DNA of 35,030 nucleotides from an uncultured Clostridium sp. (GTDB lineage Bacteria; Bacillota; Clostridia; TANB77; CAG-508): NCBI GenBank assembly GCA_964487865.1, contig CAZASP010000001.1, positions 1 to 35,030 of the forward strand, read 5' to 3'. Shown piece by piece: positions 17,552 to 25,890 of this stretch (position 1 is its first letter; each line of letters starts with the position of its first letter). The notes under the pieces were generated by a model. It saw only the letters and a program-made list of their open reading frames with translations, ran no database searches and was not told where the DNA came from. The position numbers and the translations under genes were made by a program.

Positions 17552-18118
17552 TTATTCTTTGTGGGTTTTATAGTACTCTTCAAAATCTTCATAAGTTTTA
17601 CAATCACTTAATGTTTTCATTGAAGTTTTTCTATCCCCCGTTTGTGGAGTTGGTTCTTTTGAATAATCACTTATTGCCTGTTCATAGATTTTTTTTGAAA
17701 CAGTTGTAAAAATTTTCATTTTTTCTGCTACTGTCTCAGCCGTTTCTTTTGAATAGTCAATAGTTCCCATCAAACCTAAATCAATTCCTTTTTCTGTGGC
17801 TTGCTTTAATGCTTCTTTTTCAAGATTATCAGCTTCTTGTTTCTCGTCTCTTTTAGCTAGCTCTTTATTAAGACGTTCGATTTCATAATCTTTTTTTTGA
17901 ATTTCATTCATTTCAGCAAGCTTTTCAGCTTCGATTTTTTCAGCTTTTTTATCTTCTTCCCATTTGGTTTTAGCATTTCCAACAGCTGTTTCGATAGCTT
18001 TACTTACCCTTTTATCAAACTCACTTTGATAATTCTTATCTTCTAATATTTCATCAAAAGTAAGAATTGGTGCTTCGGGTTCAGCAACCTCTTTTTCTTC
18101 TTGTTCCATTTTTCTCAA
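17552..18118 (-). CDS. Scaffolding protein (DUF4355-like)
   Basis: 188 aa, highly charged and helical (EKEVAEPE...KNYQSEFDKRVSKAIETA). Position before the capsid gene. Confidence 0.75.
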   Translation of the reverse strand: MRKMEQEEKEVAEPEAPILTFDEILEDKNYQSEFDKRVSKAIETAVGNAKTKWEEDKKAEKIEAEKLAEMNEIQKKDYEIERLNKELAKRDEKQEADNLEKEALKQATEKGIDLGLMGTIDYSKETAETVAEKMKIFTTVSKKIYEQAISDYSKEPTPQTGDRKTSMKTLSDCKTYEDFEEYYKTHKE

Positions 18119-18176
18119 TCTCCTTTCGCCCAGCTCGTTCTTTTAGCCCAAGCCGTTCAATAATTTTTGAAACACG

Positions 18177-18200
18177 AAAAAAGCCGATATTTCTATCGAC
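18177..18200 (-). terminator. Intrinsic terminator upstream of the scaffold gene
   Basis: Minus strand GTCGATA-GAAA-TATCGGC (7 bp including one G-U, GAAA tetraloop) followed by TTTTTT. Confidence 0.6.
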
Positions 18201-18233
18201 TTTAGTGCTTTATAGCACTGTACTAAATATATT

Positions 18234-18259
18234 CAGTTATACGATTAATCGTATAACTG
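18234..18259. repeat. 26-bp perfect palindrome CAGTTATACGATTAATCGTATAACTG
   Basis: Reverse complement verified by hand to equal the sequence itself. Lies in the non-coding gap 18119..18406. Confidence 0.95.
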
Positions 18260-18406
18260 TCCGATACAATCGGACATTTCAGGTTTCGTTAGCCTCCCAA
18301 ATAATAATTTTTACTTTAATGCTTATATCATGAATAAAGCATTATTTCTTAATTATTATTATTCCGATTAGGTCGATTTTTTATATCAACTATATTTAGT
18401 ACACTA

Positions 18407-18739
18407 CTATAAAGTAGTGTTATTAAAATACTTTTCTACAATTTCATGAATTATATCATGTGTATTTTCATTCATTTCACATAGCATTTCCTCAGAAATA
18501 TTTTGTAAGCCATTTGATGTGATAAATTCTCGAATGTATACATGGGTTAGTTCATGTATTAAAGTTTTTCTTTTTCTTGCGTATGATAAATCTTCATCAA
18601 GATATATTGTTTGTTTTGAATATACTGCTAGTCCATAGAAGTATTCGTCTTCTTCTATATCTCCTCCAGCTTCATTTACAATTTCTTCTTGAGAGACTTC
18701 TTTTATTTTGTAAGTAATATTATTCATTTGAAATTCCAT
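18407..18739 (-). CDS. HExxH zinc metallopeptidase-like protein
   Basis: 110 aa with RKRKTLIHELTHVYI (HExxH) preceded by a YGL...IYLD segment, as in small ImmA/SprT/MPTase-type zincins. Confidence 0.6.
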   Translation of the reverse strand: MEFQMNNITYKIKEVSQEEIVNEAGGDIEEDEYFYGLAVYSKQTIYLDEDLSYARKRKTLIHELTHVYIREFITSNGLQNISEEMLCEMNENTHDIIHEIVEKYFNNTTL

Positions 18740-18758
18740 AATTTAATCTCCTCTAAAT

Positions 18759-18908
18759 TTAACTTAAGACTAAATATATAATAATTGGTAAAAGCATTAT
18801 TATACCCGTTATCATCATAGTTATATTGCTTTTTTTCTTAGCATCAATCATTGTATAAATTAATGATAATATTATAAAAATAACTGAATACCATTTCAAA
18901 ACTACCAT
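18759..18908 (-). CDS. Small membrane protein (49 aa, 2 TM)
   Basis: Below the ORF-track cutoff. GGAGG lies 6 nt upstream. Hand translation: MVVLKWYSVIFIILSLIYTMIDAKKKSNITMMITGIIMLLPIIIYLVLS. Confidence 0.4.
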   Translation of the reverse strand: MVVLKWYSVIFIILSLIYTMIDAKKKSNITMMITGIIMLLPIIIYLVLS

Positions 18909-18924
18909 ATTTACCTCCATAATA

Positions 18925-18950
18925 AAAACACTCTATTTTTTGAGTGTTTT
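18925..18950 (-). terminator. Intrinsic terminator after the ART-like gene
   Basis: Minus strand AACACTC-AAAAAATA-GAGTGTT followed by TTTTAT. Overlaps the stop at 18949. Confidence 0.55.
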
Positions 18951-19419
18951 ATTTATCAATTTGTTTAATTATTACTATTTGCCTAGCTGTTCCATAAGTT
19001 GACTTTTCTTTATTCTCGGTTCGTTTTATTCTATAAGGAACTTTCCCACTAATTATATCATCATAAGTTATTTCTTTATATTTAGAAATAGACAAACTTT
19101 GATTGTTAGGATAAACATATTCATCATCGCCATAATTCAATGCCAATTTAGTGTGTTCAACAAAGTTATCTTTTCCTATATCAAATACCTTTTTTTTATC
19201 TTTGTCGTATATTGTTATAAAATCTTTTTTAGTTTTTGTAACTCTTTCAATATAACTGTAATTATGTTCTTTTAAATAATCTTTAAAACTTATATTTTTT
19301 TTATCATAAACAATTTTTGGTCTAAAATTTTCTACTTTTAATACTTTAAATTTTCCTTGAACTAAAACTTCTTTTTGATCAGGATACTCTGTTCTGTGTA
19401 AACATATGGATAGGCACTT
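18949..19419 (-). other. -1-frame open segment carrying the missing ART catalytic motif (EYPDQKEVLVQGKFKV) plus ~125 aa more
   Basis: Checked codon by codon: no stop from 19419 to 18949 and no ATG in the first ~90 codons. Overlaps the end of 19362..20132 by 58 nt in the -1 frame. Confidence 0.6.
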
Positions 19420-20132
19420 TTAAAACTTGTTGCTTCGATTTTATCGTTTCCACTAACAACTTTTTCAAAGTAATTTTCATCGCTCGATGTACTTTTTATT
19501 CCCCAATTAAATTCTTCGCCAACTTCATACTGGTGTCTAGGATCATCTTCAATATATTGGGCTTTCTCGAATCTTATTAATGTGTTTTCTTTATAAGGTT
19601 GTGCTTTTATCTCTTCTTGTAATTTTTTTGCATTTTGAATTTTTTGTTTTATTTCTTCATCGTTGAATGCTCGATGAGTTATATAATCCTCTGGAGCATA
19701 TTTTTTAACATATTCAAAAGCCTCAGATTCACTCTTTCCATTATTTATTTCTTCTGTATATCTGCAGGTTAATTGATAATCCCCTCTAGTATAGTCATAA
19801 ACAAAATCTCTTAAATCTTTATCTTGGATATAATCTTTGTTGATACTAGCCTCTATATCTAAACGTTCTAGCTGTTTGGCACGCAATCTTTTTAATAAAT
19901 CATCTTCCTCTTCCCGCAATTTTTTATCACCGAAGAAATAATCAGTCGAATCTTGAATCTCTTTCAATCTTTTATGTATATTATCTATTTCTTCCATTAC
20001 TTTTTTTAGTTCATTTTTCTCTTTTACAAGTTTAAAATTCCCTCTTTCTTTTATGGCTTCACTTAAACTTTGACCATTCTTGATAAAAATTTTATGACCT
20101 CTTATAGTTCTCCAAACTCCATCTTCTAACAT
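19362..20132 (-). CDS. MuF-associated protein with an ART-like R and STS region, ending before the catalytic Glu
   Basis: Starts MLEDGVWRTIRGHKIFI. YDYTRGDYQLTCRY, LIRF and GIKSTSS parallel the YVSGDGMWINQYLRG, LYR and FISTT motifs of 24469..25089. Frame 0 ends ...ILIKKKF-stop. Confidence 0.6.
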   Translation of the reverse strand: MLEDGVWRTIRGHKIFIKNGQSLSEAIKERGNFKLVKEKNELKKVMEEIDNIHKRLKEIQDSTDYFFGDKKLREEEDDLLKRLRAKQLERLDIEASINKDYIQDKDLRDFVYDYTRGDYQLTCRYTEEINNGKSESEAFEYVKKYAPEDYITHRAFNDEEIKQKIQNAKKLQEEIKAQPYKENTLIRFEKAQYIEDDPRHQYEVGEEFNWGIKSTSSDENYFEKVVSGNDKIEATSFKSAYPYVYTEQSILIKKKF

Positions 20133-20140
20133 TTTATCAC

Positions 20141-21127
20141 CTACATTTCTCTTCTTAATTCATCAGCTGTTTTATTTATTATATACGTTAGTGTACTATG
20201 GCACCAATGAAAATGTTCTGTTATCGGTGGTTGATTAATTCCAACAACTAAACCAATTACGTCAACTTCTTGTATCTCTAAATCTTTTTGTGTTTTTCCC
20301 ATCGGTCTTTTAAATACATTCCTTTCTTTTGTGTTAAATATCATACCGTCCATATATCTGCACATTTCAGTAGTGTTATCGCAATGATCTGATATGAATT
20401 TAACTTTTTGATTTTCATTTCCTCCAGCTTCAATATAAGCAAAATTGCCTAAAGCTGTTGTATATTTATCTAAACCACCACTAAAACTATCATCATTTAT
20501 GCTAATCAACCTATTTCGTTGTTTTTCAAAATCTCGTTGCATTAAATCACTATATACATCTAATTTTTTATTTTGCTGTAAATTTGTTATATAATCCTTT
20601 AATATTTCTTGCAGATTAGTTAAATATAAAGCATTCATATAATCTTCAAACATTATTCCATCGATTAACGTTAAATATATAGTTTCTAATATTATTTTAG
20701 GTATTTTTTTAGTTTCAGGCTTTTTTAAATCTTTTCTGCCTTGATTATAACACGCAGTAGCGACTGTTGTAAATAAATTATTTACTCCTATTAAAATAAT
20801 ACTTTCTTCTTCTTGAAAGGCACCATATAAGAGAATTTCTATTAAATCTCTATAAGTTATCGTACCTTTCATTAGTTCTTCAACACGATATTTAAAATAT
20901 CCCTTAAATATACCATTTCTTTTCCATTCCGAAACGCTTCTATTTAACCGTAATTTATCATTGTTTGATATTGGCTTGTTTAATTCATCATAAGAAATAT
21001 CATAATAATTAATTATTTCTTGAATTTTATCTTGTGTTTCTTTATTTTGAATAGAATACCATTTTTGAAAATCTTTTAGCTCTTTTCTTACAGTATCCCA
21101 TCTCTCTTTAATGATTTTATCATTCAT
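20141..21127 (-). CDS. Head morphogenesis protein, SPP1 gp7 / MuF family
   Basis: DNTTEMCRYMDGMIFNTKE matches the MuF D..T...C..LdG..f motif. Immediately downstream of the portal gene. Confidence 0.8.
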   Translation of the reverse strand: MNDKIIKERWDTVRKELKDFQKWYSIQNKETQDKIQEIINYYDISYDELNKPISNNDKLRLNRSVSEWKRNGIFKGYFKYRVEELMKGTITYRDLIEILLYGAFQEEESIILIGVNNLFTTVATACYNQGRKDLKKPETKKIPKIILETIYLTLIDGIMFEDYMNALYLTNLQEILKDYITNLQQNKKLDVYSDLMQRDFEKQRNRLISINDDSFSGGLDKYTTALGNFAYIEAGGNENQKVKFISDHCDNTTEMCRYMDGMIFNTKERNVFKRPMGKTQKDLEIQEVDVIGLVVGINQPPITEHFHWCHSTLTYIINKTADELRREM

Positions 21128-21137
21128 TTATAGCCTC

Positions 21138-22787
21138 TTATTTTTTTAATTTATCTAAATCTTGAATTGCGGTCGGTTGATTATCAGGCTCTTTATTTTT
21201 TGAACCTTTAATTACTTCTCCCGCTGTTGCCTTAGTATCTTCTTTACCTTTATTTTCTAAATTGTTGTTCTCATTTTCTTGACCATTTTCATAATTTCCA
21301 GAATTTTGACTAAATTTTTTCATTAACTCTTGATTATCTTCCATATTTGTCTCGGCTTCTTGTTTCTTTTTGGCTATTTCATTTTTAGGATTTAAATCAA
21401 AAGGCAACATTCCAATTATCGTTTCATCTGATAATACTTCTCGTAATTGCATAGCAATTGATGTTAAACTAGCACTATCGCTAGGCATATTTCTTTGTAA
21501 TTTAATTTGAACATTTCTAAAATCATATTCTTTCTTTTTATCTTTATTAAATTTATCAAATATTAACTCCCATCGCCTAGTTAATCCCATTTTAAAATCA
21601 CTATCAGCATCAACTATTAATTGTTGTAAAGCAAAAAATTTCTTTTCTAATGCTGAATTATTATCAGCTTGAGTAAATCCTAAATCAGTCATATTAGGAA
21701 TAAAGGAACATAAACAAATTAAATCCATTAAAGTTTTTTTGTGATTTTGTAATGCTGAATCATTTACATTTTTTTCAACCCAATGAATATCTCCATCGCT
21801 GTCCAAATAGCGAACTTTTGATTTTAAAACAATTTCATCTTCCTTTTGTCTCAAAGGATTTAATATTTCTTTTCCTGTCTCATCAGTTATAAACATAGGC
21901 TGTTCTGGATTATATCCTACTACCGCAAGAATTGCTTCGTCATTATATTTAAAAGTATTCCGTGAATTTTGTATAACTCTTTCATAAGCACTTATCAAAC
22001 TGTTCACATTTTCAAATATGTTTAAATTGTGTTCGTTTTCTATCGCAATTGCTGGCAAATCATTCCATTTAGATGGTTGAGCTTTTTCTTTATCTTCTTT
22101 AAATAAAGGCTCTTTACCATATTTTTCTTCATAAGCTGGAGTTCCAAACAATTTCCTTTTTTCAGGAGTATCCATATAATATTTCTTTCCATGCTTAGTA
22201 GTTAATTCGATCATATTTTGATATTCGCCATCTGCAAGAGTTGTACTTATTATTCTATAAATACCAATAAGGTTTTTAGGTATAGAATAATCCCAAATGG
22301 CAACTGTCTCTAGGGCATCACTTTTTGAATATACATATTCACCTTTATCATTTTTGTAAAGTATTTCATAACACGCTCTTTTTACAAAATAATCAAAAGC
22401 TAAACTAAAAAACTCTCTACCGTCATCGTTATAATCAGTTATATGTTTTATAATAAATTCCATCTCTTTAACTTTTTGTTCATCGTTAGCTGTCTTATCA
22501 AATAAATCTTGATTGAGTTTGTCTAACTCTTTATCATAAGCTTGAACTTTATAAATTGGTGGTATACCAGCAAAAAAACCAACTGCCATAACTGCCAAAT
22601 ATCTTTGGAGTGGTAGTTTTATTTCTTCGTCATCTAAACTAGCCAATTCTTCATCATTTAATTTTCTTCTAAAATCAGCATACAATTGTTTTCTTGATTC
22701 TAATTCATTTTGAGCTTTAAAATAGATAGCTGTTACACTATCTTCTTCTTCCAATTTTTCTTCACTATATCTTAACATAAATATCAC
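21138..22787 (-). CDS. Portal protein (SPP1 gp6-like)
   Basis: 549 aa between terL and MuF, with an acidic C-terminal tail. Confidence 0.85.
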   Translation of the reverse strand: MIFMLRYSEEKLEEEDSVTAIYFKAQNELESRKQLYADFRRKLNDEELASLDDEEIKLPLQRYLAVMAVGFFAGIPPIYKVQAYDKELDKLNQDLFDKTANDEQKVKEMEFIIKHITDYNDDGREFFSLAFDYFVKRACYEILYKNDKGEYVYSKSDALETVAIWDYSIPKNLIGIYRIISTTLADGEYQNMIELTTKHGKKYYMDTPEKRKLFGTPAYEEKYGKEPLFKEDKEKAQPSKWNDLPAIAIENEHNLNIFENVNSLISAYERVIQNSRNTFKYNDEAILAVVGYNPEQPMFITDETGKEILNPLRQKEDEIVLKSKVRYLDSDGDIHWVEKNVNDSALQNHKKTLMDLICLCSFIPNMTDLGFTQADNNSALEKKFFALQQLIVDADSDFKMGLTRRWELIFDKFNKDKKKEYDFRNVQIKLQRNMPSDSASLTSIAMQLREVLSDETIIGMLPFDLNPKNEIAKKKQEAETNMEDNQELMKKFSQNSGNYENGQENENNNLENKGKEDTKATAGEVIKGSKNKEPDNQPTAIQDLDKLKK

Positions 22788-22790
22788 TTC

Positions 22791-24077
22791 CTATTTTACA
22801 ACAATAAATGGTTGATTACTCATTCTCATTTTGTTAAACTTATATTCTTTTTCTCTACTATATCTAACAGAATCTATACTATGATTATTTTCATCTGGAT
22901 ACTTTGATTTAAAATTTCCAAATTTATCTTTTTCATATTCATAAGTGCTAAATTCTCTCGCAATATTTGGACATCTTATGGGGTCGATGATTATTTCGTA
23001 TAAATTCTGCAACCACCTAATTCCATACTCTATGCTATCTGGACCTTTAACTGCTCCAACAACTCGTAGTCCTCCATAAGAATTAATTTCAGCTATACTT
23101 TTAGGCTCTGCACTATCTGCTATTATTTCACTAGCCCCTATTTTTATCCTTTTTATCTCATCATATAATTTATGATTAGACATATTAACTTTATATATTT
23201 CATTAAAAATATACAACCTTTTATTTCTTTTATCTAAATGATTTTGATTATAACATACTGGGTCTACTGCATATCCAAAATCAACACCATCTGCGATATT
23301 ATCAAAGTGGCTTATTTCTTCATTTGTTATGGTTCTTAATATAACATTTGTAAAGACTGCTCCACCTGTTCCAGTTGGCTCCCCTAAGTATTCATTTCGA
23401 TATGCTAATTCATTATGCTTTTTTAATTCTTCTGCTTCATTGATAAATTCTTCGCCTAGCCATTCAACAGGAACATCTAAATAAGTGCTAGAATGTACTA
23501 ACCTATCAGCTCTTATATTAAGAATTTCTGTATTTACCCAACTTGCTAACATTTTAGGTGGATTATATGAATAAAATATTTCATAATTATAACCACTTCG
23601 CATCAAAGACTGAAGTATACTTCTTACTTCTTCCATACCAAAGAACTCATCTAATTCTTCGAACCATATATATTTACAAAATCCTTTTTTAAACTTTATT
23701 GATTTTAATTTTTTATAATCTTCTTTATTATTAGAACTTCTAAACTTTATCATTTGTCCAGTCGGCAAATATTCAAGTTGTAAAGGACTTACATTTATTT
23801 TCCAATAATCGGATACTCCTAGCATTTCGATTCCCCAAATGAGCTGTGCATAAACACTATCAGCTAATGTTTCTTTTACTTTTCGTAATGCAACTGCATT
23901 TGAAAAGATGCCATTTTGGGCATCTATCATCATCATTAAAGGTATTGCTATCCCAATAAAGCTTGATTTTGTACTACCACGTCCACCTTTAAGCCAATAA
24001 TGGGTATGCTTAAAAGCTAGAACATCATCTAATAAATCGTAAAACGGTCTAGCTATTAAATCATAAGGATTAATCAT
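22791..24077 (-). CDS. terL: Terminase large subunit (PBSX/XtmB-like)
   Basis: Walker A LKGGRGSTKSS. 428 aa. Overlaps terS by 8 nt. Confidence 0.9.
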   Translation of the reverse strand: MINPYDLIARPFYDLLDDVLAFKHTHYWLKGGRGSTKSSFIGIAIPLMMMIDAQNGIFSNAVALRKVKETLADSVYAQLIWGIEMLGVSDYWKINVSPLQLEYLPTGQMIKFRSSNNKEDYKKLKSIKFKKGFCKYIWFEELDEFFGMEEVRSILQSLMRSGYNYEIFYSYNPPKMLASWVNTEILNIRADRLVHSSTYLDVPVEWLGEEFINEAEELKKHNELAYRNEYLGEPTGTGGAVFTNVILRTITNEEISHFDNIADGVDFGYAVDPVCYNQNHLDKRNKRLYIFNEIYKVNMSNHKLYDEIKRIKIGASEIIADSAEPKSIAEINSYGGLRVVGAVKGPDSIEYGIRWLQNLYEIIIDPIRCPNIAREFSTYEYEKDKFGNFKSKYPDENNHSIDSVRYSREKEYKFNKMRMSNQPFIVVK

Positions 24078-24444
24078 CTTTCGCTGGTCTTTCTAAATTT
24101 ATTATTGGTGGATTAATATTTTGAATCTGCTCTATCGGTTTTTCACCAACTGTATCTCTTAAAACTTCAAAAGCTTTTACATCACCTTTTAAACTTTTAT
24201 TAACTAGCGACACTATCATAGCCATTTTATAAGTTGAGTCTTTGTCTGTAATGCCAAACACTTTTAATTGCTCTTTTAATTTTTCATTTGTTATTTTCCC
24301 ATTTATAAATTTATCACATAACTCTTTAAAAGTTTTCATTTGACGTCTTTTTTTACCACTTGCTTTTCCACCTTTTGAAGCTATTTCTCGAAGTTCACTC
24401 GGAGTTCGTTCGCTATTTGGAATTAAATTATCTATATTAGCCAT
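24070..24444 (-). CDS. terS: Terminase small subunit
   Basis: 124 aa. N-terminal basic KGGKASGKKRR motif. Position upstream of terL and overlapping it. Confidence 0.6.
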   Translation of the reverse strand: MANIDNLIPNSERTPSELREIASKGGKASGKKRRQMKTFKELCDKFINGKITNEKLKEQLKVFGITDKDSTYKMAMIVSLVNKSLKGDVKAFEVLRDTVGEKPIEQIQNINPPIINLERPAKDD

Positions 24445-24468
24445 ATATCATTCATCTACTTTCTTTTT

Positions 24469-25089
24469 TTATTTCATCGATACTTGAATATATATATTTC
24501 CATTTTTTGTGCCTATATGATTTACTTTATAACTTTGTCCTCTTTTTAATAATACTTCTTTTTGAGGATTATATTTTTCAGATTCTTTCATTCGTCTATT
24601 TGCTTTTTTCATAACATCGATACCTTTAGTAGTCTTAGATGGTTTTATTTCCACAATAATTGGTTTTCTGCTTCCAAAATTATATTTTAAATTTTCAGCT
24701 ATAGATAAATCTTTAGTTGTACTGATAAAACCTTTTTCAGTGTATTCCTTTTTTACTTTTGATAATGTTTTTCTTGCACTTTCAGCAACTACACGTTGAT
24801 TATCGTTATAAACTAAATTATTAACTAAATTTTCATATTCAGTATCACTAATATTACCAAAAATTGATGAAGCATCAACAGTTCTATATAACGTTGTATT
24901 AATATTTTGTAAAGAAGTAATTTTATCTAAATCTGATAAATATTCTTTTTCAAGTTTTGACAATTCCCCAAAATCTCCTGTCCCTCTCAAATATTGGTTT
25001 ATCCACATTCCATCACCACTTACATAATGTTCAAGAGCTGATATTTGATTTTTAGTAGATATTGAACTATTAGCTCCACGTCCTCCCAT
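24469..25089 (-). CDS. MGGRGA-tagged ADP-ribosyltransferase (C3/VIP2-like R-S-QxE type)
   Basis: WINQYLRG, LYR (R69), FISTT (S123), PQKEVLLKRG (Q176-x-E178) in the order and spacing expected for ADPrib_exo_Tox-type enzymes. N-terminus is MGGRGANS. Confidence 0.75.
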   Translation of the reverse strand: MGGRGANSSISTKNQISALEHYVSGDGMWINQYLRGTGDFGELSKLEKEYLSDLDKITSLQNINTTLYRTVDASSIFGNISDTEYENLVNNLVYNDNQRVVAESARKTLSKVKKEYTEKGFISTTKDLSIAENLKYNFGSRKPIIVEIKPSKTTKGIDVMKKANRRMKESEKYNPQKEVLLKRGQSYKVNHIGTKNGNIYIQVSMK

Positions 25090-25109
25090 ATTAATTTCCC
25101 CTTTCTTGC

Positions 25110-25138
25110 ATTAAAAAAGACACCTTTTACAGTGTCAA
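25110..25138 (-). promoter_or_regulatory. Promoter-like TTGACA-17 nt-TTTAAT upstream of the ART gene, overlapping a hairpin and T-run
   Basis: Minus strand TTGACActgtaaaaggtgtctttTTTAAT. The spacer contains GACAC-N8-GTGTC followed by T6, which could equally be a weak terminator for the upstream gene. Confidence 0.4.
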
Positions 25139-25231
25139 TGTATTCAAAAAATGAAAAAGGCGTCCCGACTCGAACGGGAATCTCCTCAGTGGCAATTAAG
25201 CCATACATCAAGGCGTAATCCCCTTATACGA

Positions 25232-25627
25232 CTACCTTTTTCGTTTGTTATTGTACCATATTTTTTCAATTTTTTCAACTATATTTTTTTCTTCTGCTGT
25301 TAATTTGCTAGCTCCTCCTTCATAATCGTTCTCATTATGGAAATATCCGTGGTGAGTGTGTGGTATCTTACCATTATGTTTATGGAGCAAATCAATTTGC
25401 CTTTCTCTTTTGTTTTTATCATCATAATAAGTTATTGTCATTGGCTTATTTTCATCGTTCAATGTTACATATATTCTTCCCTTTGTCATTGTTTCCATTG
25501 GTGCAGTAGCATTGCCAAAATTATATTTTACATACTTAATATTTCCACTTTGTAATATAGTTCTATATTCAGTACCGTATTTATGTCCAGATTTACTTAT
25601 TCCACTACTTGCTCCACGTCCTCCCAT
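25232..25627 (-). CDS. MGGRGA-tagged His-rich protein, function unknown
   Basis: 131 aa. Starts MGGRGASS. Contains HKHNGKIPHTHHGYFHNEN. Shares an exact 28-nt 5' block with 24469..25089. Confidence 0.6.
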   Translation of the reverse strand: MGGRGASSGISKSGHKYGTEYRTILQSGNIKYVKYNFGNATAPMETMTKGRIYVTLNDENKPMTITYYDDKNKRERQIDLLHKHNGKIPHTHHGYFHNENDYEGGASKLTAEEKNIVEKIEKIWYNNKRKR

Positions 25628-25650
25628 ATTAATTTCCCTTTCTTAGATAT

Positions 25651-25674
25651 AAAAAAAGGCACTACTAAGTGTCT
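25651..25674 (-). terminator. Hairpin plus T7, terminator-like, after the 69-aa gene
   Basis: Minus strand AGACAC-TTAGTA-GTGCCT (6 bp including one G-U) followed by TTTTTTT. Overlaps the stop codon. Confidence 0.45.
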
Positions 25675-25882
25675 AATCTTCTAACCCTGGTAACTCTTTA
25701 AATTTTTCTATGAGTTCTTTTTTATTATATAATTCAGGATTTTCAATACCCTCTTTTTTAGCATCTTCTAATAATTCTTCATAACTTTCTTTTTTTAATT
25801 CTCGTATATATTCTTTTTCTATTTTTTCATTTAATCCATTAAAAGAATCATCTAAAAAGAAGTATCCTTTTTCTTTACCCAT
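25673..25882 (-). CDS. Small acidic protein (69 aa)
   Basis: E/K-rich helical ORF directly downstream of the JAB-like gene. No family recognised. Confidence 0.5.
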   Translation of the reverse strand: MGKEKGYFFLDDSFNGLNEKIEKEYIRELKKESYEELLEDAKKEGIENPELYNKKELIEKFKELPGLED

Positions 25883-25890
25883 TTCTCCTC

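Noticed and set aside
25113..25136. A simple intrinsic terminator call for GACAC-N8-GTGTC plus T6
   Set aside because: The stem is only 5 bp, and the element sits exactly within the 17-nt spacer of a TTGACA/TTTAAT promoter-like pair. I reported it as an ambiguous regulatory element instead.
25020..25211. Minus-strand 63-aa ORF spanning the gap and the 5' end of the ART gene
   Set aside because: It is out of frame with the motif-supported ART gene and runs through the promoter, hairpin and tRNA-like region. No RBS.
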